Notes under the pieces: generated by a model
The model's database searches: none
Told to the model about the DNA's origin: nothing
Seen by the model: only the letters and a program-made list of their open reading frames with translations
Translations under genes and position numbers: made by a program
Source of the DNA: Eutreptiella sp. 'Long Island Sound 2002'
Taxonomy: Eukaryota > Protista > Euglenida
Direction of reading: 5' to 3'
NCBI GenBank assembly: GCA_964036045.1
Contig: OZ038378.1
Coordinates: 168,268,001 to 168,332,000, forward strand
Length of the DNA stretch: 64,000 nt
Part shown: piece by piece, positions 1 through 13,100 of the stretch
Position numbering within the stretch: the first letter of the stretch is position 1
Layout: each line of letters starts with the position of its first letter

Positions 1-1
1 T

Positions 2-682
2 GTCATTTTCACTCTTGAAGACATACCGGCACAAAGTGCAACGGCCGGGGCACTTGGCAAAAGAAGGCTGGTGAGTGTCGGGGTCCGCATTGAGACGCTG
101 CTCCCTATGCTCAGCATGAGACAGAAAGTGGTCTGCGTGGGCGGGATGGGGAATGGGTGTGGGAAGACCCTTCAAGTGATCTAACTCCGCACGAAATCTC
201 TTGGCGCGCCACGGTTTTTTTGCGCAAGGACAATTTTTTTTGGAGCAACGGATGAAAGCCAAGAGATTTGTGCGACGATCACAATGGTCAAGAAAAAATA
301 GAAACCTCTCATACACCTCGCGAAGACTCTCATCGCTTCGAATTTGTTTGTTAGAGCTTCGAGTGAAAGCAGGCAAAGTATCATATGAAGGCCAATCCGC
401 CGGTGGACCATCAGGAGGGATGTCACACAAAACAGAATAACCATCACGCATGCCATCAACCAAATTCCTAATATCAAGCATAGCAGCGTCAGGGTCCTCA
501 CTTATCACATTTCCTGCCAACCGTTGGGAAACCCAACCAAACAGAAGCTCCACCATATTCTGAAACGAGCAATTTGGGGCATATGAAGTGACAATGAGGA
601 CATCCAACTCAGCATGGAGCCACATCATACCCAAACAAAGGAAGGCAACATGACCACTCGGACCCAACCCATCGCTTGGTCT
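2..682 (-). mobile_element. Zator/TP36-like DDE transposase, C-terminal part; frame stays open to the window edge
   Basis: Hand translation of the minus frame starting at 682 (absent from the ORF track because it has no stop in the window): SDGLGPSGHVAFLCLGMMWLHAELDVLIVTSYAPNCSFQNMVELLFGWVSQRLAG ... LDHCDRRTNLLAFIRCSKKNCPCAKKPWR ... LPTPIP ... CTLCRYVFKSEND. This resembles the DG...LD.L...AP..S..N.VE core, Cys cluster and C2H2 start I associate with Zator-type transposases. Confidence 0.6.
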
Positions 683-1211
683 TCATGGTGTGAAAAATAT
701 CCAAAAACCCCTTTTCAGCCTCATGAAACTCAGGCGGAAAGAGGGGTTGTTGGGGTTGAGCAGCAACAGGAAGTGGGTCACAAACAGGGTGAACAATGTC
801 GTAGTACTGAGCATGTGCGAGCTTAACCAAATCTGACACCTCTGCTTGCAACTCTACAAACCAAGCACCTAAATCCTTACTTGCCTTACGCAAGGCATAA
901 TCCTTGTGGAAAGCCCTTTGCTTTGAGGATCCCTCCACCCAGTAATGGCAAGCATCGTAAAGTTTCCAAAGCTGCTGGCTGAACAAATTGGGGTCCGAAC
1001 TTGGTTCTTCACTCTTGGGCATGAGCAAACGCTTCTTAGGCTTGGGTGGAAGTTCACAACCAAGTAGGATAGGCTTGGGAGCACTGGTGACCTTGAGGAA
1101 CTTTAACATATGGGAGCTACAAAAAAAAGTACGAAAATTCGACGTTTTCCAAAACCAGCCAAAACAGGTGGGAAAAGCAAGGCAATACGACAACAATGTA
1201 CGTAGTGACAA
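609..1211 (-). pseudogene. Probable upstream, frameshifted part of the same transposase
   Basis: 200-aa ORF on the same strand, overlapping the start of the transposase frame in a different phase. No diagnostic motif confirmed. Confidence 0.3.
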
Positions 1212-2689
1212 ACAGAAGTGCGAATTTCATAAATGTTGCAGGGATGACCGACAGACACTGTCGACGAGTCGATTCAATCAAAATTGTGCTGATCTATTGA
1301 TTCGGCGTCTTACAAATAGGCAAATACGCAGCAGAAAAGAGCAGGGTTCCAGCCACAGAGGGTCGTTTTTGGGTTGCGGCAGTCCCGATGACGGACTTGA
1401 GAATGGGAATCGCCGGGACCCCCCCCCCCCCCCAAAGTTCTCAGATTGTCGCTCATTCTCCCCCCGCCATTGTGCGCGTCAAGCGATCAAACGGTTGGCA
1501 CTGCACATTGCCTCGCAACGAATGGGAAGCAGACCTTGGACGGAGTAAAAGGAGACCAGATGCAAAAGGCGCAACCTTCAGCACACTGTACCACTGCATT
1601 TGGTTCCATCAGCAACGGCAGGCATCCATGCTGCAGCACAATTCACGGTCAGGTTTCAACGAATGACAATGTCGTGTGTCCCAAACATTGCGTTGCAAAC
1701 TCTGTGTCGCACACAGAGACGTTGTTTGTGAAGCGGTCGTTTGCGTGCAATTTGTTTCCAACAGTTGTTTTGCTTCGTTTCAGCGGGAAGGAGGCCACCG
1801 CCACGACGAACCAAAAAATGCCCCATATGCAGCTCAGAAACTACAAACCGGAAGGTTGTCGCATACGAGCTCTTTATTCCTGACTTGATGTCAGAGTAGC
1901 CGGCGCTGTGTTGGTGGTGGGGTGCTTCTGTGCACTTGTACTGTCGTACACCTTTTTTTCTCGCCACGATTTAACCTTCTCAGCGCGACTGAAGCTGACT
2001 TTGGCCCATAGCCAGCTGACAACCAACCTCGCAACCTCTTCCAGGCCACTCAATTAGTCGCATGTTGGCAGGCCCTCAGAGCCTCGACAACCGAGAAGAC
2101 TGCAATGGTGAGACGCTTACGATTTCCTTCTCTTAGCCCAATTGGGTTTCTCTCAACGGACAACTTGTTGCCCAATTTTTAGGCTCCTTTTCCCCACGAA
2201 TGGCGTGCTCATACGCTTCCCCAAGTGAGAGTTGCTGCTTCGGTAGCTTCCCAACGCCAAGTCTTGAACAAATGCAAAACTTTGACTTTGTTGGACAACC
2301 GCCGTTTCCCGTCCAACAGTTGCTCACCTGCCTGTTCCAACCGACGGAGGACACCATCCCTGTTATCCATCCTTCCTTCAAAGCTCTGGGGAGGTATGTT
2401 AAGGCCGTGGACTTGAGTTGGCAGGGTTTTGACATGGGCTTGGGACACACGCTCTTGGTGTTCACAGGATCTGGGTGCCGTGGTCAGTGCTGTCGCACAC
2501 CCGTGGCTTAGAGAGAGTTCTGCAGAACCATCCTTATGCACCTTCTCTCTGTGTACTGTACCAAAATGGGAGGTGCAATTCGCGAGACCAGTGCAACCAA
2601 ATCCACGTGGACCGTCGTTGGGCAACAACGGTATCTTCCCTTCCTTTTCTTTTTTGTGCCAGGTATAGATGTGTGATGGGCAGGGACAG

Positions 2690-2870
2690 CGCTCAGCAGG
2701 GATGTGTGCGGCATCGGACCCTTACGCAAAGTCGCCAGCTTGCATTTGCTCCTCCAGGAGCAGGCTTCTGCCCCTGACTGGCGTGTGTTGGGCAGGGATG
2801 TGCGCTCCGCAGGGATTTGTGCCGGGCAGGGATGCGTGCTGGTCAGGTGTTGGGTAGGGGTGTGTGCAAC
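2690..2870. repeat. Minisatellite of a ~16-17-bp unit (GTGTGYTGGGCAGGGAT-like)
   Basis: Several degenerate units are visible. The same unit recurs at about 5220-5345. Confidence 0.6.
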
Positions 2871-3099
2871 ACAATTCAAAGCAAGCGAGCAGGGCTCTAC
2901 AGCTCAAAAACATGGAAACCTGCCAAGACCACAACAGTGAGTTACAGAAAAGGCATACGGTTTTCGCCAAACTCGTGTCCTACAATGCGTTTAAGCAAAA
3001 ATGAGCTCAGTGACCCACCCTGCCCTGCCCAGAGTTTGCGTTGCTGGTACCACCGCTTCGCTAAATACAAGGGTATTTTTTTGGAGTAGCTGGCACTTT

Positions 3100-5130
3100 T
3101 TTAGAGTGTTCCGCAAGGGCAACCACCACCAGCGCCAGGGGTAGCCTTGTACCCACAACATTGCACAATGGTGCGCAGAGTGCTAAAGAGGGAGGAAGAG
3201 GAACCAGATCTGTGGCAGAATTTGTGGGTCAGGGTGGGATCATGGACGCTATGACAGTGAGGCAGTTCTGAGACCATGTGTCTGGCCACCGGCACCAGAT
3301 AGGGGTATTCCCCTCCCCCTGCAGGGACGCCTTTCATTGTCAAACGAGTGGGTGGAATGGAGGCGGGCATCGCACCAATCCACTGACTGTGCACTGGCTT
3401 CCCATTTCATTGGTATTTTATAAACTGACTGCTGCAGAATCTCAATAAAGGTGCGCATATGGGCGTGCAAGGAGGGTACCGTGTTTGGAGGACTTCTGGT
3501 GTGGCAACTTGCGTCTGTGTTGTGCGTATGTCCGCGAGCATGCACAGGGGTTCATCGAAATTTAAGAAGTAATTCAACAGAAAAAACGGCGCTGGCATCT
3601 GACTGCCTGTTCAATGATTTTCCCAACTCTGCCTGCCGGGTGGCTGTCCCACAAGTTTAATACCCTGAAAGGGATTGACACGACTCCAAATTGGATAAAG
3701 AACACAGTCTTGGGCTCAGGCTGGAACCACCCCGTCATACCCTCAGTGTACAGTCGACCTATGTCTTTAGGGACGCAGGCAACAAAAGGGAAGGTAAGAG
3801 TTGGACCAGGGGTTACAGTGATGGGCCCCAGGTGTAGGCCAGCGACTGCGGACTGCTGTGAGCAGTGACTGTTTGGTGGGGCATTCACAGAAGGTGTTCT
3901 CCTGGATGAGTGCCTACAGACACATTAACTGAGCGCTTAGGTACCCCCCTATGGGGACACCTTTGCGCGCTTGTCATAGCACGGCCCCCCACACTTCAAA
4001 CAGGGTGTTGTGATACAAATCCCATTTCACAAACGACAAAACTTCATCAATCGTAAATACACGGAAATTCCTGAAAGTGGAGTCACCGACACGGTCCAGC
4101 ATGTGTAAATTAGCTTTGGTGATGGAGAAGGAAAGCATACCCCTGGTGTTTCGGATCTGGTGCGTGATCTGGTGATCACGCACCAGATCCGCTGCTTTGA
4201 GCACCGCTTTTCAATACCTGTTCCTTGTTGAGTTCCCAGTATGCGTTGTCAACATCTCTCTCCCACAGACGTACCAGTTGTGGTGGTGCGTGGTGGACGT
4301 GGGTCCAGACGTCACGGACGCATTGCATGGTGGGTGTGCCCCAACATGGGAAGGCTGTGTGTAACTCCTTGAGTAGTTGGGTAAGGCAGCGGCCAACGGC
4401 CTTGGACAGTCTGCGCAGGGGGTGAAGTGCATGGCTGATCAACAGTCGGAATTTGTAGTCATTGGTGGCCTCAGTGGTTTTCCACTTCATCAGTTGGAAT
4501 GCTGCTGGGGCACGCCATCGTTTAGACTGTACATTGAATGTTTTTCCAGAACGCTGTGGGTGTTTACTGTTTTTGAACACAGTCCGTGTGAGACGCCAAT
4601 ATCCAAAATACCATGTTCCTCAGCAGATAACAGGGTTTGTTTGAGTGCGTACTCATTGGCAGCACCCTTAACTGATTCAACAGCAATGATTTTAAAGTTT
4701 GAGTCACAGACGTTCAGCTCAGCCATGGCCCTTTGCATATGTACAGAGCACGTTGCATGCAGATTGCATGGCTGTTTGTCCCAGACACCTGCTTGCAAAT
4801 TCGGTGCACGTAGCTTGTCGTAGATGGAATCATACACATCATGCGCCATGAAGGGGTATTTCTGTATATGTTGTTCGTTGCTGTGCTATAGCGTGCGCAG
4901 TATGGTGTCTGTGAGCACAACGAAGTCGTCTTCATCGTTCATGAATCGTGCACGTGCCGTGTGTAGGCGGGTGATACACTGTTCAATGAAATCGTGGTCT
5001 GGGAGCGATGCGTTTCTGGCGTTTTGCGTACCACATCGTACCTCTGTGGGGCTGAATAGTACCTGCCACTGTTGTTTGGTTTGCAGAACAGCATGGGTCT
5101 GTTCGCTACAGAACAGGGAGGGGTGATCCC
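3100..5130 (-). mobile_element. Decayed Penelope-like (PLE-type) reverse transcriptase
   Basis: Ordered RT motifs across frameshifts and stops: AFQLMKWK...KFRLLISHALHPLRRLSKAVGRCL (4176-4580), RLWERDVDNAYWEL, QARKGVPIGGYLSAQLMC (~3920-3975), and VYKIPMKWE...VDWCDARL (~3370-3425). These resemble the PLE motifs Y.LPK.HK, RPIIS, D+..LY, Q..G.PMG..LS and +.+E....FLD. Confidence 0.7.
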
Positions 5131-5219
5131 GTTTCAGTGCAGGGCACATGCAGGAGGTGTTGGTGCTCCGCAGGGTCTGTGTGTGCTGAAGGAAGGCGCT
5201 GTTACCCATAGGCAAGGCT

Positions 5220-5345
5220 GAGATGTGTGTGTTGGGTAGGGGTATATTCTGGGGAGGGGTGTGGTGCTGGGCAGGAATGTGTGCTCGGCAGGAATGTGTG
5301 CTGGGCAGGGACGTGTGTTCCACAGGGTGTGCCTCAGCAGGGATG
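5220..5345. repeat. Second array of the same ~16-17-bp minisatellite
   Basis: Units gtgtgctgggcaggaat / gtgtgctcggcaggaat / gtgtgctgggcagggac match the 2690-2870 array. Confidence 0.6.
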
Positions 5346-6625
5346 CGTTCGGGACAGCAAGCTGCGAGGCCCAGTACTTCCGTGAAATCACTCCAATCTT
5401 AGGTTTGGGAAGCTCTACAAACGGCCTCCATTAGCAACTGCTGTCAGGCATGCGGCGATTTGCCATCGACCAGTCATGACTTGTTCCAAAGTTTGAATGG
5501 CCAAGATATTGTCCTGCGAGTGCCAGGTAAGGAGCCAAAATTAGTTCGTTCGTCGCTCAAAGGTCGTGTCACGAAAGTCGAGACCAGCTTTTCGCCCTTT
5601 GTCTTCCCAGGCTCTGAGCCCATCCCCGTTCCCGTCGAACGGCTTGCGGTAACTACTTTTTGGCAGCGCTTTCTTCATGGACAACGTCGAAGTTTGTATT
5701 TCACTGCCGACCGTGTGTGCATCTTGCACCAGCGGAACACCTGCAAGTATCTTCGTGCCTGCGTGTTGCACTGATGGTTGTCTGTTCGTTGCACCAATTT
5801 TGGTGCAACCCACCTTTCACTACACACGATGCTTTTTACAGGTACGGTGTCGAATGCAAGAACGTGCACCTGTGTCGCCATTTCTGGCAAAAGGTTGAGT
5901 GCTAGCGCTTCCTGTGCTCTTGTTCGCACGTCTCGGGTTTTGAAGGCCGGCAATGCAGAAAATAAAAAGATTTGTACACACTTGACTCCGCCGTGTGTGG
6001 TCAGCCAATCTTCTACACCAACCTGCTTGGATCTTCCGTCTTTTCACTGCAGAGCGGATTTGCAGCACATCGACTCGATTCGGAGGCTTTGGAGGACGGT
6101 ATACCCATTTGTCCCGTTGCACTCTGCTTCTTTGTACCTTGAAACTCTTCGTTGCACTGCCTGCCTGTTTTGCAGAAACCACTTCTTTCACTGAGCCTCA
6201 AATGTTGGAGTCTAACATTCAGCTAGACCCTCCGTTCATGCACACCCAGCAGGTTGGTTTTGTCCTTGCACTGTCCTTGCACTGGTGGAGGCCTGTGACG
6301 CTTCGCATTGCCATCGTTTTGGCGGCTCTTCGTGTGTGCCAACATTGCAGTTGTTGTCTCTGGTCTGTAGCCCAAGCGAAGCAACGCTCTTGCAATCGTT
6401 CATCCATCGTCTGGAGAAGAGTTGGTGATAGAACCTGAGAAATGGCGTCAAACAGGAGCAGCTATACCCGGTAGTGACGAGAGCATTCACTCCGTATGTC
6501 TTGTTTCAGTGCAACGGTGGCCGATGGCGTGTGGACCAAAAAACACTTGTACAAGTCCTTCCTAACACAATTTGCATGCTGTGTGTCGCGGTGGCAAGCA
6601 AGCATGTGACAAGCAACATTGCACA

Positions 6626-6677
6626 TTGTGGCTTGTGACATGCAACTTGTACACACGTTGCATGTCACAAGCCACAA
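6626..6677. repeat. Perfect 21-bp inverted repeat with a 10-nt loop
   Basis: TTGTGGCTTGTGACATGCAAC (6626-6646) and its exact reverse complement (6657-6677). Confidence 0.9.
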
Positions 6678-6992
6678 CTTGCATGTTGCGAGGTAAGTGA
6701 GAACCCACAATGTGGGAGATGTGACGTGCTGGTTATGATATGTGACATGCAGGTTGTGACGTGCACTGTCCGTTTTCATCCAGAGAGCTCATCAAGTGCT
6801 CCCCAAGCGAAGTCGAAATGTCCTGGACATTGTTGACCCCAGGACTGTTGAGGAATCACCCATGATTCAGAGGCAGGACTCTGAGGTGTGTAAACAACTG
6901 AGTAAGTTTGGAACAGTGATATAGCAGGCAGATGTTTCCAGTGCAATTTGTGGAATTCCATCCAGGGGGCCCCTCTCAAGTGTGTGCAGTAT

Positions 6993-7367
6993 CAGACCCG
7001 TGGTTAGAAGCATGCGCACAGACCAGGGTTAAGCGTGCGCAAGTGTGCGCAGTGTTGGGTGGTAAGTGTGCGTAAGTGTGCGCCATCTCCCCGTCCAAGC
7101 GTGCGCAAGCGTGCACGTTTTTTTTTTACCTGAAAGCCCCTTAAGTGCCTTTTCGGCACACAGTGCTCTTAAACAAAAATTCCATCAGCACCAATTTTTT
7201 TTCTGCAGAGAACCTGTGCATGACTATACAAGAGGTCCACCTCTGTGTCCCCGAGCCCAAGCGTACATAAGCGTGCGGAGTGTTGGGGTGTAAGCGTACA
7301 TAAGCGTGCATAGCCATGGAAAGTAAGCGTGCACAAGCGTACACGCACGCTTCTAACCACGGGTCTG
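6993..7367. mobile_element. MITE, 375 bp, 24-bp TIRs, 9-bp TSD
   Basis: TIR CAGACCCGTGGTTAGAAGC(A/G)TGCG at both ends (23/24). GTGCAGTAT flanks both sides (6984-6992 and 7368-7376). Internal AAGCGT(G/A)C repeats. Confidence 0.9.
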
Positions 7368-9888
7368 GTGCAGTATTGTTATGTGCCAACGTCCCATTGC
7401 AAATCATAGATGCATACCAACATTTAAACGTTCCTTAGAACGTTGCATGGAAGGTTGACATATTGATGACCCATTTGTTATAGGCCACACTAGTGGTCGT
7501 CACAGGGTGGGTTGACAGGCTCTCTCGGTGTATGTGCATTAATGAGACTCCGCCTCTTTGTGTCGTTTTTGAATCAGGACTGCCGCACAGCATGATTTGC
7601 AGTGCCATTCACAGAGTGCCTGGGACGTGCAGGCTTAGGGGGGGTGGCAGAAAGACTCCACACGTCGAAGCGCTGGCATTCACAGGGGAATGGACCAGCT
7701 TTCTGGCAGAAATCGTCCACACTGTTTGTCTGCAGAGGGTGGGGAATTGTATTTTTGGTAGATGACAGTGGGACAATTGTCCTTCTGCTCAAAGGTGCTC
7801 CGGCAGCCCCTTGGCATCCCTCCCATGATTAGGTTGCTTTGCATGTGGTTCCAAATATTCTTGCAATTACAATGCCCTAGTGCAAACTGTTGCATGCGTG
7901 GGGTGAAAAGTGATGGTCCCGGCAGCCTCCTGCTGGCTTAGCTGGTGCTGCCAGCAAAGGGAACATTGAGTTTAGTTCGGCACAACGAGCGATTTTACAG
8001 TTGCATAGAATGCTATTGTGCAGCATTCCTGGTCACAGTGTGCAGGTGGAAGATCCTGTTGGCATGGGTGTCGGCGTGCGTTGACACCGTGGGCACAGGT
8101 GGACTGCGGAGCATGCAGGCCAGGAATGGAATGACAAGAGAGAATTTTGATGGCAAGAAACAAAGCAGCATGATATCACAGAGAGACCTCTGCCTCTGCA
8201 AGAAACTAGCTGTGGGTGGAGTGTCCATTGCATACTAGGAGCTATTATTTGACAGGACCGTTGCTGTCAAGTGTAATGAATGTTTCTGCCAGACTCTGCC
8301 AAATGTACTGAATTCTTTCCTGCCTGCACACAGACACAGACACACACCGCAAGATGAGTGGTCGTGGTTGCGGTCCAGGAGTGATGTGCATTCAAGCCTA
8401 CACACCGTGTCGCCGCTTTATTTCACCGGCCTTTCTTTCCCTCATGGCATTGTATCAAATCGCCAGCTATTGTGGTGCTGCTGGTGTCTGGTTTAATCCT
8501 CACAATAGGCTCGTGCTGCATCGAGGAGGTCATCCACTTCTCCCCTGCTGATGGGGTCTTTTGACTATCTGAAGGCTGTCGACAGCTCTGATTCTTTGGT
8601 TCCCACGGACGACGTTGGTAGCACAGTGTTCCAATCTTTGCTTACGGCATTCGAGGAGCCATCGGATCGTGTGGTGATGGAGGCCCAGAGAGTTCCCACC
8701 ATTGCGGTCTCCAACCCTATCCCCAACAGTGGTCCACGCTGTCAGAAATGGCGATTCGTTTGTTTACCGCTGCTGTAGGGCATGGCACGTGATCATGTCT
8801 CAATCGGCATGATTTCTGGCCAGTTCCGGTCAAACCCATGTAAGGACATGTTTGTGGCTACACTTGAGAAGTTGCATTGCTCGTGATCTTGATACCACAG
8901 GCCATGTCTGAGTACGACAATGACACGGAAGTGGCCAAGGACCCCATTGCCAAAACAAGGAAATGGAGCCGCCATCTTCGGCTGCAGCAGAGCCCAGTGA
9001 ACGGGTGTGATGCTTGCCCACCCCCCCCTTTCTCCCCCATCAAGTTCTACAACACCAATCCTCACCCATCACCCCAGGTGGCACCCATGCCAGCAACCGA
9101 ATTGACACGCAATGTACACACCACAGATCCAAAGGGGGCCAGGGGCGACGGGGGCACATGACACGCTCGCCACAATGAGGACTGAGCACGGGAAAGGAGA
9201 GGCTGAAGGTTGTTATGTACACCCTAACGGGGAAGTGACCCCGCAAGTGGAAATTTGGGGGCCCAAAAGCTGCCATTGGGAAGGGTACCCCACCGCCAGT
9301 ATGGGGGTCCACTTGGACGCACCTGGCCAACAGCGAGGGCAGTTGCCCTCCTCTTTGTGGACCTGACACAGAGCAGTGGAACAGGGACGGTCCAGGGTCT
9401 CCATTGGCACAACCTACCAAGGGAAGGAAGGGTGAGCAGGGGGGTAAGGTAAGGCCAGGAGATTGAGGGCAGAAGCTGCGCCTATGGAAGGAAAGGGTTC
9501 AAGGAAAGGGCAAGGGTACCACCATCACCAGCTCACCCTGTGAGGTTGGCGGTAGGTCCAAGAGGGGGACAGTGGTACTGGATGGTGCACAGGTGGTGGA
9601 CACCAGGGCGATGTGGATCAGATGATGGACACTGGGTGGAACAGAGGGTGGACGGCGATGAGACAAGAGGTAAGGAAGGGAGCAGGGCAAGGGAATGAGT
9701 GGGGGGCTGGGAACCTCGTGCTAGTGTTTGCAAAAAAGGATTTTTGAAGGGGGGTTTTGCCATGCTCCACAATGCAGCAAAACTCACAAAAATTGCGAAA
9801 ATGATGATAGGTGTTGGGCACACATATTGCAAAAAGGCCATTGAGAACGCTGCTTGCATGCCACCACATGTCACAAATCCCCTCAGCA

Positions 9889-10131
9889 TAGGGGCGTCCT
9901 TCAGGGACTAGAGTTTTTTTTTGTTAAGGACCGCCCTTAAGCACCGCCCCAAGGGACCATCACCACTGCCAACCGCCAACTGCCACCAACTGCCAACCGC
10001 CATCAACCACCAATCCCCAACCACCAACCGCCGCCAACCGCCCGCCGCCAACACATGGTGTGTCCGCAGGCTTTTTTGGGAAAACTGTGTAACGGAACAC
10101 TTTTTTTTTTTATCCGGAAAGGACCGCCCTG
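9889..10131. mobile_element. MITE family A, copy 1 (hAT-like ends, internal CCAACCG array)
   Basis: Homologous in reverse orientation to 32320-32706. Right end AAGGACCGCCCTG. Flanks CCTCAGCA and CCTCGGCA give an 8-bp TSD with 1 mismatch. Confidence 0.8.
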
Positions 10132-13100
10132 CCTCGGCATGAAATATTTTTGTACCTCGACAATACATGAGATTTTTTGAGCGTTGGTTCTAAATCGCAA
10201 GGTGCAATTCTAAGTGAAGGCCGGAAAGTCGCATGGGCCAAAAAAAACCCAGGCATTTGTTTTGGCGCAGTGCTTGGAAAAAGTGGAGGCGTCCGTCGCT
10301 TGGAAAACGTGCTTGGAAATCACCTCGATTTTGATGGGTGGGGGTGCTTGGGGAATGTGCTTGTGAGGTTGCTGGGTGGGCTGGGCTGGGATTGTTGCTT
10401 GGAAATTGCCCAGGGTTGATGCACAGACAAAGTGCTTGGAAATTCTGCTTCGTTTCTTTCAATACCATACCAGTTGTTATGTCTCAAAGTTTGTTAGGGG
10501 TTCCTACCAAGAAGTGCTGTGGGAAAGTAGTTCCAACAATACCACATGGAAGTTGTCACCATGGGGCAACCAAAAAAAGTAGGTTGTGAATACCAGAGAA
10601 GAGATGTAGCAATACCCCTGACCAAAGGTACGTTTTATGGGGAGCATATTTGCTACATGTGCAGGGTCGGGTGGGGGGGGGGATTGCACAGAGGTGTAAT
10701 TTTTTTCAGCTGCGACTCTTGTCACTGCTCCCCCACAGTCGGGGATTTTTTCAACCCTGTTCCACCACTAAACCCCCACCCCCCCTGCCTTTGCTCCGCC
10801 ACCTTTAGAGAAAACGGGCCTGGCTATCAAAGCCATGCGTTGGCTCGTCACAAACCCCTCATTGTGGGGCGACATGGCTCTTTTTCACTGGTTTGTCCGC
10901 ATTCTTTCCATGGAGGCTCGCATGGTGGTAAGTTTTGTTGTGACAAATTGTAGGGATATTTTTGGTTTAGGAGGGAATTTTTGGGACCAGTGTGTCCACA
11001 TTATCCCAATTGGAATGCCCATCCTGCGGCACGCAGTTTGGGAAACTATCCCAGAAAGGTGGAATAGTGGTGCATACATGCACACATTTTTCACACCTTG
11101 AACGGTATTTCAAGTTTTACTGCCTTCAAAACCGCGGTTTTCGATCGTTCTTGGTGGTTTTAGGGCAAAATGACCGATTTTGGCCTTTTTGTTTTGGAAC
11201 AAAAGGTGTTCTGGCACAGACCCCCGGTGCTACTTCCCAAACGTTCCTTGGCAAATCTGGCCAAAAGACAAGCCATATGCATTGTGTAATTTTACATTTG
11301 CGATTTCAAGCTTTGTTGCCTTCAGAACGGTGTTTTTTTATCGTTCTTGGTGTTTTTATGGCTCTACACCATGTCATTCGGAATTGAGGCTTTGGTATGG
11401 ATTGAGTGAATGGCGGGTGTGCCCTCCTTTTGCCGCCCAGAATTGGAAGTGGGTGACCCTGATTGCCCCACGCCCCATGGGACTCCCAGGCCTTGTGACG
11501 GCTGTAGATGCTGCGTATTACAGGCTGTCCGCAGGTGTGATCCTGATCATTGTCCGTTGATTTTCCGGGTTTGCCGTTTTTTCTGGGGAAATTTACGCCA
11601 TGTGGGTAAAATGTACGCCCATTCATATAAGTTGGGGGCTGGGGGCCGAATGCTCTGTAAATCCTTGTAAATATCTGACTTGGTCACCGAAGGATCATTT
11701 TGAGAGAAGTATGTTCGTCTACCCAGGCAGACCCCCCAACCCCTCTGGGGCATACTTCTGGGGGCTGGTTACGACAGATTTCCTATGGTGGTGGGGGACA
11801 GACACCCTCTTGTGGGTGATTGAGATTGCCCCATTGGCCGTGGCTGTCTATGGCACTCCTTGACCTGACCCTAGGTCAGAGATGATAGAAGCATTGCCTG
11901 CGAAGACGATCCAAGAAGCCGACACATCTGGAGCAGACCGTTCCCCTGAGAGCCCTGCCAGTTCTCTGGGCAGTGACTGCGCCTCCTCCACTGCTTCGGC
12001 TGCGGTCGTTGGCATGGGTCGGAGCTTCCCAAAACCTTCGAAGGTGAAGAGGTATGCGTTTGTGGTGGGTCGTCCAACAGTTTTAGCAGCAAACTGTGAA
12101 TCCCCGTGTCTTGGAATTGTGTCCCATGTATCGCTGTAAGATGTCTTCATGTGCCCAAAATGGGAGAATCTCCTGGTTCACGTCACTGGATCATGGTTTC
12201 AGCATACCAAGCATGATTTTCCTTTTTATTGGCCCCTTTTTTTTTGCTGCGGAAGTAGGGCACTTTGTATTGATACAAGTGGGGCACCGAAGGACAGGGG
12301 ACGTAGCCTTTTTTTTACGCTCAGCAGACAGTGCAAAAATCATAAAGCAATTGGTTGTTCGCGTGCGAATATGGGTAGCCATCCCGCAACAAATAATTAT
12401 TGGACGTTCGTTCGTGGTACTGGGTTGTGTGCAAAGTAACATGTGTGGAAAGTCATTTCAGCCGTAGGCAGCCAATCTATTGAATGCCACCGAGGGCAAT
12501 GGGGTAGTGCCCACGTAAAAAACGAAAGAGTTAACTTTGTTGGTTTTCAAGCTTTTCCCACGGACAATCTAGAAGAGGTGTTACTAGGAACTAGAGGAAG
12601 AAGTAGGGCACCTTGGAGTGACCTTGTCTTGATACATGTGGGGTGAGGGGGTGCGGTATGGGTGGATAGCAGGGCCTGAGGGGTTTCGGGTGGAGTTACG
12701 CATGTGGCCCCGTGGGTGGGGGCGGATCACCCGTTCATGCAAGGGTCGCTCGTTGATGGGTCTGATTGCAGCACGTGTGGCGATCAGGGGGATGGTATTC
12801 CATCGTTTATTTCATCCGTTTACAGAGACAGCAGGGATAGTCCCACTTATGACCCTTGGAATGGGTCCAACACGGATTTGCTGTGGGCCTTGAAGAGCGA
12901 GGCGTCACGCGGCAAGTTCAAGAGAGCCAATTCTGGTTTGTTGGGGGTAACGATTACACAAGGCCCCCGACCTGATGCCGGTTTTGGCGCTGGTCGTGGT
13001 GGTCCCCTCCTCAAACTGATACCGTCGACGTGATGATAAAGTGTGTTCCAGTGTTGCACATGCATTCACACGGGGATCAACGCACAGACAGATATGTGCA

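Noticed and set aside
12500-12560. GIY-YIG-like string VFYVGTT on the minus strand
   Set aside because: An isolated short match surrounded by stops, with no supporting motifs.
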